A stretch of DNA of 64,000 nt from Dehalococcoidia bacterium (lineage in GTDB: Bacteria; Chloroflexota; Dehalococcoidia; Bin125), in NCBI GenBank assembly GCA_963662615.2, contig CAXXSR010000001.1:224001-288000 (forward strand), given 5' to 3'. Below, in pieces: positions 53,067 through 62,711 of the stretch (position 1 is the first letter of the stretch; every line of letters starts with the position of its first letter). Under the pieces are notes generated by a model. That model was not told the DNA's origin and did not search any database. It saw only the letters and a list, made by a program, of their open reading frames with translations. Both the position numbers and the translations under genes were made by a program.

Positions 53067-53264
53067 ATGGCCAGTTTACTGCCAGGGGGCGCCGTTCCAT
53101 CCAATCGACGCCGGCGCCGCCGGCCACGTCCGCCAGCCCTCGCTCGCCACCATGTCTCGTTGCCGCCGATGGCCACCGCTGATCCCATGCGCCCCTCTGG
53201 AATCGTGTTAGAATTCCTCCCTCGCACGATTCTCGCCCGTCGCGGATCCGAAGGAGAAACTGCC

Positions 53265-53654
53265 ATGGTCACGCAGGTCATCAGCGACATCAACCGCCAG
53301 ATCGTGGACGCGCTTCGCCGCGGCGACGCGGCTGCCTTCGCCGCCCTCTACACGGACGACGCCAGGCTCCTGCCGCCCAACAGCCCCACGCTCACGGACA
53401 GACAAGCCATTCAAGCGTTCTGGCAGGGCGTGATCGATCTGGGCATTAGCGACGTGACACTGGACACCGTGCAGATTGAAGAGTTGGGTGACACCGCGAT
53501 CGAAGTCGGGACCTATACGCTCGATATTCAGCCACCGGGAGGCGACGCCGCGAAGGACGTGGGCAAGTACGTCATAATCTGGAAGCGCCAGGCGGACGGG
53601 GCCTGGAAACTGGCGGTGGACATCTTCAACAGCGATCTGCCCGCCGCGGAGTAG
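53265..53654 (+). CDS. NTF2-like DUF4440/YybH family protein
   Basis: AALYTDDARLLPP, GKYVIIWKRQADGAWK; AAGGAG RBS. Confidence 0.88.
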   Translation: MVTQVISDINRQIVDALRRGDAAAFAALYTDDARLLPPNSPTLTDRQAIQAFWQGVIDLGISDVTLDTVQIEELGDTAIEVGTYTLDIQPPGGDAAKDVGKYVIIWKRQADGAWKLAVDIFNSDLPAAE

Positions 53655-53753
53655 AGGTTCGCACCTCCGCGCTCTTCCCACCGCAGCGGCGCTCACCGCA
53701 GGTGTGAAGGCAGGTCCGGACGGTGGAACGCCCGGGACGCGAGCCCCTCAGCC

Positions 53754-54983
53754 CTAGGGGTCCGTCTTGGCGACGTCCAGCACAAGCCGCAGGATGGCGC
53801 GCAGTGAGCGCTCCCGTTCGGCGGGCGCAAAGAACTCGCGCACGCTGTGGTGGTCGCCGGAGCGGCCGCCCCAACTGACGCAGATGGCGGGGACCCCCGC
53901 CGCCATGGCGGCGTTGGCGTCGCTGGAAGAGGACGTCAATCGCGGCCGGAACCCCTCCGCCCGCAGCGCCCGCTGCGCCGCCAGCACCAGCGGCGCGTCC
54001 TTCGGCGTTTCGCCGCTCGGTCGCTCGCCGATCGGCACGATCGTGACGCCGGCTTCCGGGCTGGGGCGGCGCGCAAGCTCCTCGGCGTGGCCCTCCGCCA
54101 CGGCGCGACGAAAGGCGCCTTCGAGGACGTTCAGATCCGCGTCTCGATCGCTGCGCAGATCGACCTCCATGCGGGCCCGTTGCGGAATCGCGGTGATCGA
54201 CGGGCCGGCCTCCATCACCCCGATGTTGTAGGTGCGACGCCGCCGCCGCGGCACGGTGATGGCGCCAATGCGCTGCCCCGCCGCCGCCATCGCCAGCGCC
54301 GGATTGTAGCGGCCGAAATGCCCCCACGAATGCCCGCCTGGTCCCCGGAACTCCACCTCGAACCGCCGGCTGCCCACGCCGCGGTGCGCGATCACGTGCG
54401 GGTCGGGGTGGTCAAGGGTGATGAACGCCTGCAACTGCCGCCCTGGCGGTCGCGAGAAGAAGTAGCGGGCGCCCTTCAGATCGCCGCGCCCTTCCTCTCC
54501 CACCGTGGCCACGAAGAGAAGATCGCGGCGCGTGCGGACGTCGGCGACCGACAACGCCTGCGCGACGGCGATCAGCGCCGCCAGCCCCGCCGCATCGTCC
54601 GCGATGCCCGGGGCGTGCAGCTCCCCTTCCGGCACCGGCTCCCCCTCGCGATACGGGCTGACCTGTCCCGAACGGAACACGGTCACGTCCTGATCGCGGA
54701 GAAACACGCTGTCCAAGTGGGCCGACAGCGCCACGCCGGGCCCGCCGTGGGTGCCCGGCCGCTCCGCGATCACGTTTCCCGCTCCATCACGCCGAGTCTT
54801 GCATCCGCTCGTCCGTAGCCAGCGTTCCACGGCCTGGGCGCGCTCTTGCTCGCCCCCGCTGGGCGCCCCAATCTCACACAGTTCGATCTGCAACTCGGTG
54901 ATCGACGCGGCGCTGTCGCGAAAGAACGCCAGCGCGGCGCTCGCCGCCTCTCCCGTCGCCGCGCCCGGATCGGACCCGCTCAT
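53754..54983 (-). CDS. M20/M28 family metallo-hydrolase
   Basis: SAHLDSVF, PGIADD, GEEGRGDL, GGHSWG, SDAN. Confidence 0.88.
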   Translation of the reverse strand: MSGSDPGAATGEAASAALAFFRDSAASITELQIELCEIGAPSGGEQERAQAVERWLRTSGCKTRRDGAGNVIAERPGTHGGPGVALSAHLDSVFLRDQDVTVFRSGQVSPYREGEPVPEGELHAPGIADDAAGLAALIAVAQALSVADVRTRRDLLFVATVGEEGRGDLKGARYFFSRPPGRQLQAFITLDHPDPHVIAHRGVGSRRFEVEFRGPGGHSWGHFGRYNPALAMAAAGQRIGAITVPRRRRRTYNIGVMEAGPSITAIPQRARMEVDLRSDRDADLNVLEGAFRRAVAEGHAEELARRPSPEAGVTIVPIGERPSGETPKDAPLVLAAQRALRAEGFRPRLTSSSSDANAAMAAGVPAICVSWGGRSGDHHSVREFFAPAERERSLRAILRLVLDVAKTDP

Positions 54984-55459
54984 TGCAGCGTTGCTCCGCC
55001 CAGGTCCACGCCCAATGCCTGGAAGACGGCCTGGTAGTGCTGTCCGTTCGCGGGGTTGTAGTGGGGAATCGACGCCACCACCGTTCCCTCGCCGTCCGCG
55101 ACGAAGACGGCGCGAACGCTGCGCCGGCCGCTCTCATCCACCACGCCGAACGCCCGCGCCGCTTCCAGCTTCGCATCCGCGAGCAGCGGGAACGGCAACG
55201 GGTGCGCTTCCGCGAACGCCCGGTGCGACTCCGCAGAGTCCGCGCTGATCGCGACCAGCACGGCTCCCAGCTCCTCGATGAGATCGAAGTCGTCGCGGAA
55301 GGCGCTCAGCTGCGCGGTGCAGGTCGGCGTCGCGTCTTCCTGGTAGAACGCCACCACCAGCGGTTTGCCTCGGCCCGTCTCCCGCAGCGACACGGGCCCG
55401 TCCGGTCCCTCCAACGTGATGTCGGGCAGGGGCGCGCCGGCGCCGAGTACGGCGATCAT
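54980..55459 (-). CDS. BCP/PrxQ-type peroxiredoxin (single Cys)
   Basis: FYQEDATPTCTAQ, ISADS, FPLLAD, RAVFV. Confidence 0.87.
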   Translation of the reverse strand: MIAVLGAGAPLPDITLEGPDGPVSLRETGRGKPLVVAFYQEDATPTCTAQLSAFRDDFDLIEELGAVLVAISADSAESHRAFAEAHPLPFPLLADAKLEAARAFGVVDESGRRSVRAVFVADGEGTVVASIPHYNPANGQHYQAVFQALGVDLGGATLQ

Positions 55460-56712
55460 CCGTCCGCCCGTCCCTCGCTGCCCCGCCCCCGCTCGGGGCT
55501 GCCCAGGCCCGGCAGCTCCGCCGTCAGCCCGCGCGCGAACGCCATCACCTGAATCCGGCCGAGGCCGGCGGGATCGGTCAGCGCTTCGATCGCGCGCCGG
55601 CGCGCTAAGTACGCCTCCATCTCGCTGCCCCGCTGCCCCCCCGCGACGGCCGCCGCCACCGGCGCTTCCTCCGTCGCGCCCAGCGCCGCGAGGAACTCCG
55701 CCTGCGACCGCAACGGATACGCCGCCATCCCCGCCGCCCGGGCCGCTTCCCGCACCGCGTCGACGTCGACGTGGCAGCTGAGGTCTTGCTGCCCCATGCG
55801 CGCATAGGGATCGTCGTCGGCGCTGTGGCGATGGAAGGTGAGCAGCGTGCCCTGCCGGCGCCAGTCCGCGTAGAGCCGATCGCGTGGCCAGCCGTAATCG
55901 AAAAGGAGGAGCAGGCCGCGCCGCAGCGATCGCGCCAGCGTCGTCACCAGCTCTCCCAGCGACGGACACACTTCCACGATCTGCCCAGGGCGGCCGGAGC
56001 CCGGCGGTTGGGATTCCACACGGTCCAGAAGCGCCGCATTGCTGAGCGGGCCGGGCGCATCAATGAAGCGACCCTCGGCGCTGACGTCAACGTACAGCTC
56101 CTCCCAGCCGTCAGCGGTCCGCCGCAGCCGGTGGACCGGCTGCGCATCAAGCAGCTCGTTGGCCAGCGCCAGCCCCACGATGCTGGGGGCATCGGAGAGG
56201 CGCTCACGCCACCCCAGTACGTCGCGGAACGGTGTCAGCCGCTGCTCCTGCCGCGCCCGCGCTGCCGCGGACGGCTCCACCAGCTCCACGCGCAGCGCGG
56301 CGCGGAACGCGGGAGCGACCGGCGCCGCGTCGCTGCGGACCCAGCTCAGGAGGCTCTCCATGAGCGCCCCCGATCCCGGACCGGCCTCGCGCAGGATGAA
56401 CGGATCGGGCCGGTCCATCGCCTCCCACACCGCGGCGGCAAGCGCAGCTATGGCGTAGCCGAAGAGGGGATGCACTTCGGGACTGGTCAGGAAGTCACCC
56501 TCGCGCCCCACGGTCGCCCGGCCGCTGCGGTAGTACCCCAGAGCGGGATCGTAGAGCGCCGCCTCCATGAAGGTCGCGAACGTGACCGGCCCGCCCGCCC
56601 GGATCCGCGCGGCCATCTGCTGTGCGAGGGGGGTGGCGGCGGCGGGCGGTAAGGCGAAGGAGCCGGTCAAGCGCCGCTCGGGCAGAGGCGCCCCCGACGG
56701 AGCGACGGTCAT
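55456..56712 (-). CDS. MidA/NDUFAF7-family SAM-dependent methyltransferase
   Basis: FMEAALY...GYY, GDFLTSPE, EAGPGSG, ANELLDA, DYG, QDLSCHVD. Confidence 0.9.
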   Translation of the reverse strand: MTVAPSGAPLPERRLTGSFALPPAAATPLAQQMAARIRAGGPVTFATFMEAALYDPALGYYRSGRATVGREGDFLTSPEVHPLFGYAIAALAAAVWEAMDRPDPFILREAGPGSGALMESLLSWVRSDAAPVAPAFRAALRVELVEPSAAARARQEQRLTPFRDVLGWRERLSDAPSIVGLALANELLDAQPVHRLRRTADGWEELYVDVSAEGRFIDAPGPLSNAALLDRVESQPPGSGRPGQIVEVCPSLGELVTTLARSLRRGLLLLFDYGWPRDRLYADWRRQGTLLTFHRHSADDDPYARMGQQDLSCHVDVDAVREAARAAGMAAYPLRSQAEFLAALGATEEAPVAAAVAGGQRGSEMEAYLARRRAIEALTDPAGLGRIQVMAFARGLTAELPGLGSPERGRGSEGRADG

Positions 56713-56742
56713 GCGCCGATTATACGTGCGCCCGGCCCGGCC

Positions 56743-56895
56743 TCACCGCGTCGCTCCAGCGCATCGCTCCAGCGCATCGCGCCAGCGCCGGATCAGATAG
56801 AGGCGGTCCGTCGTCAGCCCACCCGCACCGGCTCGCAGCAGCTCCATCCCCGTGGCGAAGTCGTTCACCGGGTAGCAGATCGCGCGCAGGCCGGC
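56743..56895 (-). pseudogene. Probable C-terminal remnant of a glycerophosphodiester phosphodiesterase
   Basis: Hand translation AGLRAICYPVNDFATGMELLRAGAGGLTTDRLYLI resembles the GDPD C-terminus (GL.v.vyTVN...GVDgi.TD). Confidence 0.5.
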
Positions 56896-56990
56896 GGGAG
56901 TTGCGCCCCGCCCCGTGCATAATGAGCCAGGGGAGCCCGTCGGCTCGCGGCACCGCCGCGCCTTCCTTACCCAATCAAGAGGGCTTTCCC

Positions 56991-57022
56991 AAACAAAAAG
57001 GCCGTCCCAGCACGGGACGGCC
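56991..57022 (-). terminator. Intrinsic terminator downstream of the yjbQ-like gene
   Basis: Minus strand: GGCCGTCCC-GTGCT-GGGACGGCC followed by TTTTTGTTT. Confidence 0.88.
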
Positions 57023-57069
57023 CTCTTGATTCTTTCTTGGCCGGCCTTGCGCCGCGGCGGCTTAGCGCG

Positions 57070-57594
57070 TCATGACCCCGGGCTGCCCAGCAGAGTCACG
57101 GTTACCCGCCGCTGTCGCGCTCCGTCTAGCTCAACCAGGAAGATGCTCTGCCACGGTCCTAGCTGGAGCGCGCCCGCCTGAATCGGGATCGTCTCGCTGG
57201 TGCTCAGCAGAATCTGCTGGCAGTGGCTGTGCCCGTTCTTGGGCTCGTTCGGGCCCATGTTGACCGTGCGAATGTCGAAGTCGTTGTGGCGGTAGTAGCG
57301 CTCTTGCGGCGCGATCTTTCGGAGCAGCTCTTTGAAGTCCTCAATCAGGAGCGGCTCATTCTCCTGGATACGGATGGCCGCCGTCGTGTGATTGGAGAAG
57401 ACCGTGATCTGCCCCCAGGCGAGGCCGGATTCGTCCGTCAGCCGGCGGAGATCTTCCGTGATGTCCAGAAACCAGGGGCCGCACTCGGTTTCGTAGTGCA
57501 GGTCGTGCTGGGCGAAGATGAACGGTTGCTGGTTGGGCGTGTGCCGGATGAACGGAGGCACCGCCACCGTGCCCGGCGCTCGGGATGCTGCCAT
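57070..57594 (-). CDS. yjbQ: YjbQ/UPF0047 family protein
   Basis: DITE, HTTAAIRIQENE, YRHND, NGHSH, LGPWQSIFLVELDG. Confidence 0.9.
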   Translation of the reverse strand: MAASRAPGTVAVPPFIRHTPNQQPFIFAQHDLHYETECGPWFLDITEDLRRLTDESGLAWGQITVFSNHTTAAIRIQENEPLLIEDFKELLRKIAPQERYYRHNDFDIRTVNMGPNEPKNGHSHCQQILLSTSETIPIQAGALQLGPWQSIFLVELDGARQRRVTVTLLGSPGS

Positions 57595-57606
57595 GGCGCC
57601 TCTACC

Positions 57607-57670
57607 AATAATTGCAAATAACCCGAATAATGCCGCTCTCGGGCCCGAATAATGGAGCGCCCGAAAATCG
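57607..57670. promoter_or_regulatory. Candidate operator: repeated CCCGAATAATG/AATAAT boxes upstream of yjbQ
   Basis: CCCGAATAATG at 57622 and 57644 (22-nt period); CCCGAAAATCG at 57660; AATAA at 57607 and 57617. Confidence 0.5.
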
Positions 57671-57753
57671 CTCCAACCATACCACACGCGCCATGCAGCG
57701 GCTACGGACCGCCCCGGCCCGTCGGGACCCTCTCCGAGAGCTCTAGGCCGCCC

Positions 57754-58611
57754 CTACGATTCTCCCCCGGCGCCCGAAGGTCCAGCTCCAGCCAGCCGGA
57801 CTCGCTCGATAAGCGCGTCGACGCGCGCGCCGTCGCGCGCACCGGCCGTGTGCTCCCGATACGCCTCCAGATCGGCCAAGGCGCTGTCGTAGTGGCGGAG
57901 TTGGGAATGCAGGAAGCCGCGGTCGCGCATCTCCTCCAGCGCCCAGGGCGACATCGCCAGCAGGTGCTCCGTCGCCGCCAGCGCCCCCGGATAGTCCCGC
58001 TGGCGGAGGTACGCTCCCTTCAAGTTGGCCAAGATCCGGGCCAGCATCTGCCGCTTCGTCACCCCCACCAAAAGCGGCTCAAGGGACCGTCCGGACGCAT
58101 CAGCCCAGGGGCGCAAGCGGGCCCGGAGCGCTTCCCCTGAGACCTCCACTCCTCCGTGATAGGGGTCGAGAAAGCGGTCGCGGTCCCCGTCACGGAACTT
58201 CACCAGGAAGTGGCCCGGTGCGCCCACTCCCTGCACCGTCAGCCCCGCCCGCCGGGCGACCTCCAGATACAGAAGCGAGAGCGTGATGGGGATCCCCCGC
58301 CGTCGTTGCAAGACCTGGTGCAGGTACGAGTTGGCGGGGTTGTAATAATCCTCTTCATCGCCGCTCCAGCCCTCCTCTCGGAAGAGGCCCGCGACCGCCT
58401 CCACCAGGGCGCCGGCGCCGCCGGCCGGCGACGGCAGGCGCGCCGCCATCGCTGCGCCCATCTGGTCCAGCTCCGCCAGGAAGGGCTGCGGGTCGAGGTC
58501 CGGCTCAATGATGCGCCCAACGATCAGCGCACATCGGGCCAAATCCACCGCGTCGTCCGGCCCCTGGGTCAGAGCGCCGAAGGCGCGCGCCGTCTCTTCT
58601 GTTGCGTCCAC
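57754..58611 (-). CDS. SirB1-family transglutaminase-like/TPR protein
   Basis: YYNPANSYL, RRGIPITLS, PGHFLV, DPYHGG, RILANLK, RDRG. Confidence 0.9.
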   Translation of the reverse strand: MDATEETARAFGALTQGPDDAVDLARCALIVGRIIEPDLDPQPFLAELDQMGAAMAARLPSPAGGAGALVEAVAGLFREEGWSGDEEDYYNPANSYLHQVLQRRRGIPITLSLLYLEVARRAGLTVQGVGAPGHFLVKFRDGDRDRFLDPYHGGVEVSGEALRARLRPWADASGRSLEPLLVGVTKRQMLARILANLKGAYLRQRDYPGALAATEHLLAMSPWALEEMRDRGFLHSQLRHYDSALADLEAYREHTAGARDGARVDALIERVRLAGAGPSGAGGES

Positions 58612-58776
58612 GGTCGTTGTCAGCCCTCTCTGCCCTGTATTCTGGAAGGTAGGGCGGTGGCTGGTGAAGAGAGACGACGCGTCACCCGGCTCTCCAGACC
58701 TTGAATGCGGTCGTTAATGATCACTAGGTCGCCGCGACGGCATTAAGATCGTTCGCGTCAGCGGAGGGAACGGCGG

Positions 58777-60327
58777 ATGAGCCCCCAGGACTCGGCTTCC
58801 AGGGCGGCATCCACGCCCCGCCCCATGCGCGCACGCTCCGCCGCCCGAACCGCGCCGGGGCAACCCATCGACCGCAAAGCGCGCCTCCGCATCCCGCCGC
58901 ACCACGTCACCAAGCAGACCCCCTTCGAGCGTGTTCACAACTGGGATGAGGTCTATCACGGCTACACCCCGGCTCCGGCGATGTTTGAGGCGTTGCGCTG
59001 CATTCAATGTCCGGCCGAGCCCTGCGTGAAGGCCTGCCCCGTTGGCAACGATATCCCCGGCGCCATGGCCCTGCTGGAAGTCGGCAAGATCGGCGAGGCC
59101 GCTGCGCTTTTCCGCCGGACCAGTGAGATGCCGGAACTCTGTGGACGGCTCTGCCCCCAGGAGGCGCTCTGTGAAGGCGACTGCGTGGTGGGCAAGAACA
59201 ACAAGCCCGTCGCCATTGGCAAGCTGGAGGCGTTCGTAGCGGATTGGGACCGTGGCCAGCGCGGCGGCTTTCCCGTGCACAAGCCCCTCCACGAGAGCGG
59301 CGCGCGTGTCGCGGTCGTCGGCAGCGGCCCCGCCGGACTGGCCGTCGCCGAAGCGATGCGGGCACAGGGCCACGCCGTCACCGTCTTCGAAAGCTGGCCC
59401 AAGGCGGGGGGCGTCCTGCTCTACGGCATTCCCAACTTCAAGTCCACCAAGGCGATCGTCGATGAGAAGGTGGCCGCGCTGGAAGCCGCCGGCGTGGAGT
59501 TCCGCTGCGGCGTCCACGTGGGCCGGGACGTTCGCTGGGACGACTTGGCCGCCCACGACGCCGTCTTCCTGGGACACGGTGCCGGTCTGGGCAAGCGCCT
59601 GCGCATGCAAGGCGAGGAACTCCGCCACGTCTATCCCGCGACCGACTTCCTCGTTCGCGCCAATCTCCCGGACGAGGCGCTGCCTCCTGACCAGCGGGGC
59701 CGTCCCTTCGTGGGCGAGAACGTGGTCGTGGTCGGCGGCGGCGATACGTCCATGGACTGTGTCCGCTCCGCCATCCGATTGGGCGCCAAGAAGGTCACGC
59801 TGCTCTACCGCCGCACGGACAACGAGATGGTGGGGCGGGAAGAGGAGCGACGCCACGCCAAGGAAGAGGGCGTCATCTTTGAGTACCTCACGACCCCGGT
59901 CCAGTTACTGCAGCGGGAGGGCCAGGTCGTGGGAGTGGAATGCGTCCGCATGGAGCTGGGCGAGCCCGATGAGAGCGGCCGCCGCCGCCCCAGCCCCATC
60001 AGCGGCTCCGAGTTCGTCATCGACGCCGACGCCGTCGTCGTCGCCGTGGGCTACGACGTCGATAGGGAACTCCTCACCCCGGAGACGGGCGTCGAGGTCG
60101 ATGACTGGGGCCGCGTCGTCGTCGACGACCAGGGCCGCACCTCGCGGCCCGGCGTCTTTGCTGCCGGTGACAACGTCCGCGGCGCGGACTTGGTCGTCAC
60201 CGCCCTGGCCTCAGCGCACCAGGCCATTCCCGGCATGGAGACGCATCTGGCCGGCCTCCTCGCCGCCCGCAAGGGGGCAGGTAGTGGCGGCGGTATCGCC
60301 TGCGAGCAGGATCGCGCCGCCAGCTGA
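58777..60327 (+). CDS. GltD/SudA/NfnB-like NADPH-dependent Fe-S flavoprotein
   Basis: CIQC...C...CP, CGRLCPQEALCEGDC, VVGSGPAG, YGIPNF, VGGGDT, YRR, FAAGD. Confidence 0.9.
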   Translation: MSPQDSASRAASTPRPMRARSAARTAPGQPIDRKARLRIPPHHVTKQTPFERVHNWDEVYHGYTPAPAMFEALRCIQCPAEPCVKACPVGNDIPGAMALLEVGKIGEAAALFRRTSEMPELCGRLCPQEALCEGDCVVGKNNKPVAIGKLEAFVADWDRGQRGGFPVHKPLHESGARVAVVGSGPAGLAVAEAMRAQGHAVTVFESWPKAGGVLLYGIPNFKSTKAIVDEKVAALEAAGVEFRCGVHVGRDVRWDDLAAHDAVFLGHGAGLGKRLRMQGEELRHVYPATDFLVRANLPDEALPPDQRGRPFVGENVVVVGGGDTSMDCVRSAIRLGAKKVTLLYRRTDNEMVGREEERRHAKEEGVIFEYLTTPVQLLQREGQVVGVECVRMELGEPDESGRRRPSPISGSEFVIDADAVVVAVGYDVDRELLTPETGVEVDDWGRVVVDDQGRTSRPGVFAAGDNVRGADLVVTALASAHQAIPGMETHLAGLLAARKGAGSGGGIACEQDRAAS

Positions 60328-60338
60328 GGTCCCCGGCG

Positions 60339-60746
60339 CTAGTCCAGATCCAACTCCGCCACCAACTCCTCCGCGGCGTCTCGGCAGAGCACCACCTCGG
60401 CCTCCTCGCGGTCGTTCGGATTGACGAGCTGATGCGGCGCGTTCGCCGGGACGAAGAGAAAATCCCCCGTCGCGGCCAGATGCTCGTGTTCCAGCCTGGC
60501 CCCGTGCCGCATCAGGACCGGCCCGCGTAGCACATAGATGGCCGTCTCGCAGTTGATGTGGGAGTGCGGCGTGCTGCGCAGCCCCGCGGGGATCTTCTGC
60601 CGCGTCATGAACACCTGTGACGATCCGCTCAACTCGCCCGACACGCCCATCTGAATGCGCATCCCCGAGCGGTGGTCGGACCAGGGCGCCTTGTCCCCCA
60701 TCGTCCGTTGCACCTGGAATTCCGCCTTGGCATCAGCGCTGCTCAT
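60339..60746 (-). CDS. Cupin-domain protein
   Basis: PHSHINCETAIY and GDFLFVPANAPHQ cupin motifs. Confidence 0.88.
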   Translation of the reverse strand: MSSADAKAEFQVQRTMGDKAPWSDHRSGMRIQMGVSGELSGSSQVFMTRQKIPAGLRSTPHSHINCETAIYVLRGPVLMRHGARLEHEHLAATGDFLFVPANAPHQLVNPNDREEAEVVLCRDAAEELVAELDLD

Positions 60747-60858
60747 CTCGTCCCCTTCTGTTCGCCCTTGAACCGTCCTGCGCGCGCGACGGGCACGGCC
60801 GCGGCCGCTTCGCCCCGCTCCGCAGCGACGAGGCCAGGATACGCGAGGTCAGCGCCGC

Positions 60859-61647
60859 TCACGGCAGCCGCGTGATGAGAATGCTGGTCAGTTGGTTGAC
60901 GAGCTGGAAGAGTTGGCCGGACAGACCAAGATCGTCCGTCTCCAGATGGATCGCCGCGCCGGTCGGGGGCGTGATCGCGATGGCGTAACGGAAGCAACTG
61001 ACGCAGCCGCTGCGGGTGTTGGCGGGCCAGGCGGCGAAGAAGTCGTTACCGCGCAAGATTTCATCGACGCTCGCCAGCGGCGTCGCCTCCACGGTCGTGG
61101 CCGCGGAGACCCCGTCCGCCTGGACGGTACCCTGCCCCGTCTCGTCGAACGCGATCGTCTCCTCCAGTGCAAAGAGCACGGTTGTTCTGGTAAAGGTGAT
61201 CTGCCAGAGAGCGGCAGCCGGTGCGGGCTTCGGCTCGGGTTCGGGTTGGGGGGGTGGCGGGGGCGGCGGCGTCAGCGGCTGCGACCAGGCCCGCTCGCGC
61301 AGCGAGAGCAGGAAGTAGACGCCCCCCGGCTCCAGCGCCGTGACCGAGCGTAACGTCGGCGGAAGCTCCAGGCTCCACAGATTCCACGCCTGCGTGGGCG
61401 CGTGAAACTGCCAGACGACGGGCACGTCTTCGTGGGCGTCGCCCAAGGCGGCGGGCAGGGGCAGCGCGATTCCCTGGTAGGCCACGTTGTTCCAGCCCGC
61501 GTAGAGCTGGACGACGGGCCCGTCTTCCTGCGCCTGCGCGGCGTCTGCGCGCGTGAGCGCCCAGCCAACGAAGATCGCCAGCGCCGCCGCCGTCGCCAGG
61601 GCCAGGAGGAGGAGAGGGGTGCGCGGTCGCGATCGAGTTGGGGGCAT
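60859..61647 (-). CDS. Secreted hypothetical protein with Pro-rich linker
   Basis: Signal peptide ending AQA; LYAGWNNV...LEPGGVY domain; PPPPPPPQPEPEP linker; C-terminal CVSCFRY domain. Confidence 0.72.
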   Translation of the reverse strand: MPPTRSRPRTPLLLLALATAAALAIFVGWALTRADAAQAQEDGPVVQLYAGWNNVAYQGIALPLPAALGDAHEDVPVVWQFHAPTQAWNLWSLELPPTLRSVTALEPGGVYFLLSLRERAWSQPLTPPPPPPPQPEPEPKPAPAAALWQITFTRTTVLFALEETIAFDETGQGTVQADGVSAATTVEATPLASVDEILRGNDFFAAWPANTRSGCVSCFRYAIAITPPTGAAIHLETDDLGLSGQLFQLVNQLTSILITRLP

Positions 61648-61730
61648 GGCGTGGCCGCTGCCCCGCCGCCAAACCTTCTGCCTTGATCGTAGCGGCAAAT
61701 CGTCCTGCGCGCCGCCGGCGGCGGCGACCG

Positions 61731-62708
61731 TCAGCGCCGATTCGCGATCGTCTCGCGGTGTCCGGCGTGGCAAGGCTCCTGCGGGCGGTCGGGGAATTCG
61801 CAGCAGCTCATGGCCTGGTGGAGGGTGCGAGACTCTGGCTGCAGCGTCACGTGCAGAAGTCCGAAGCGTTCTCGCAGGCGGTGGATCACGGGGACCATCA
61901 CCTCTTGGGCTTTGGTCTCGTCATCGATCTCCAGATGGCAGGACAGCGCGGGGAACCCGGACGTCACCGTCCACAGATGCAGGTCGTGTACCCCCGTGAC
62001 ACCCCGAACCTGTCGCACCTCCTCCGCCACCATGCGCACGTCTATGTCCGCCGGCGCCGCCTCCAACAACACGTCGGCGGTCTCCCGCAGCAGGCGCAGC
62101 GCATTGACCACGATTAGCACCGCGATGCCCAGGCTCACGATCACGTCGATCGCCGTCCAGCCGGTGGCAAGGATCACGACCCCGGCGATGAGGACGCCGG
62201 TGGAGCCCAGCGCGTCGCCAAGCACGTGGAAGTAGGCGCCCCGCACGTTGAGGTTGTCGCGCTGCACTTCCCGCAGCGCCACGGCGCTGGCCACGTTCGC
62301 GACCAGTCCCACGAGCGCGAACGCCAGAAGCTCGGCTCCGGCGATCTCGGGCTCGTCGCCCAGGCGCAGCAGCGCGCGCCAGACGATGATCCCCGCGAGG
62401 GCCAGCATCGCCGTCCCGTTCAGCATGGCGGCGATGATCTCAGCTCGATACCAGCCGAAGGTGCGACGCGCACCGCCGGGCCGTCCCGCCAGCCAGATCG
62501 CGCCCAGGGCCAGCGAGACGGCGGCGACGTCGCCGAAGACGTGCCCGGCGTCGGCGTAGAGCGCCAGACTGTTGGTCACCATCCCGCCGACGATCTCCAC
62601 GACCAAGACCAGGAGGGCGAGCGCCAGTGCCAGGTGCAGGCGTCGCCTCACCCCGCGCCGGGCCGGGCGCAGCGACGGCGCCTCGCTGGAGTGGGTCGCA
62701 GCCGTCAC
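61731..62708 (-). CDS. Cation diffusion facilitator (CzcD-like Zn/Co/Cd exporter)
   Basis: SLALYADAGH, TFGWYRAE, NVRGAYFHVLGD, HDLHLW, HVTLQPE. Confidence 0.93.
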   Translation of the reverse strand: MTAATHSSEAPSLRPARRGVRRRLHLALALALLVLVVEIVGGMVTNSLALYADAGHVFGDVAAVSLALGAIWLAGRPGGARRTFGWYRAEIIAAMLNGTAMLALAGIIVWRALLRLGDEPEIAGAELLAFALVGLVANVASAVALREVQRDNLNVRGAYFHVLGDALGSTGVLIAGVVILATGWTAIDVIVSLGIAVLIVVNALRLLRETADVLLEAAPADIDVRMVAEEVRQVRGVTGVHDLHLWTVTSGFPALSCHLEIDDETKAQEVMVPVIHRLRERFGLLHVTLQPESRTLHQAMSCCEFPDRPQEPCHAGHRETIANRR

Positions 62709-62711
62709 CGC

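Noticed and set aside
56945-57040. T-box riboswitch (CGTCCC/GGGACG hairpin)
   Set aside because: No intact UGGN T-box bulge, no Stem I, and no suitable downstream gene
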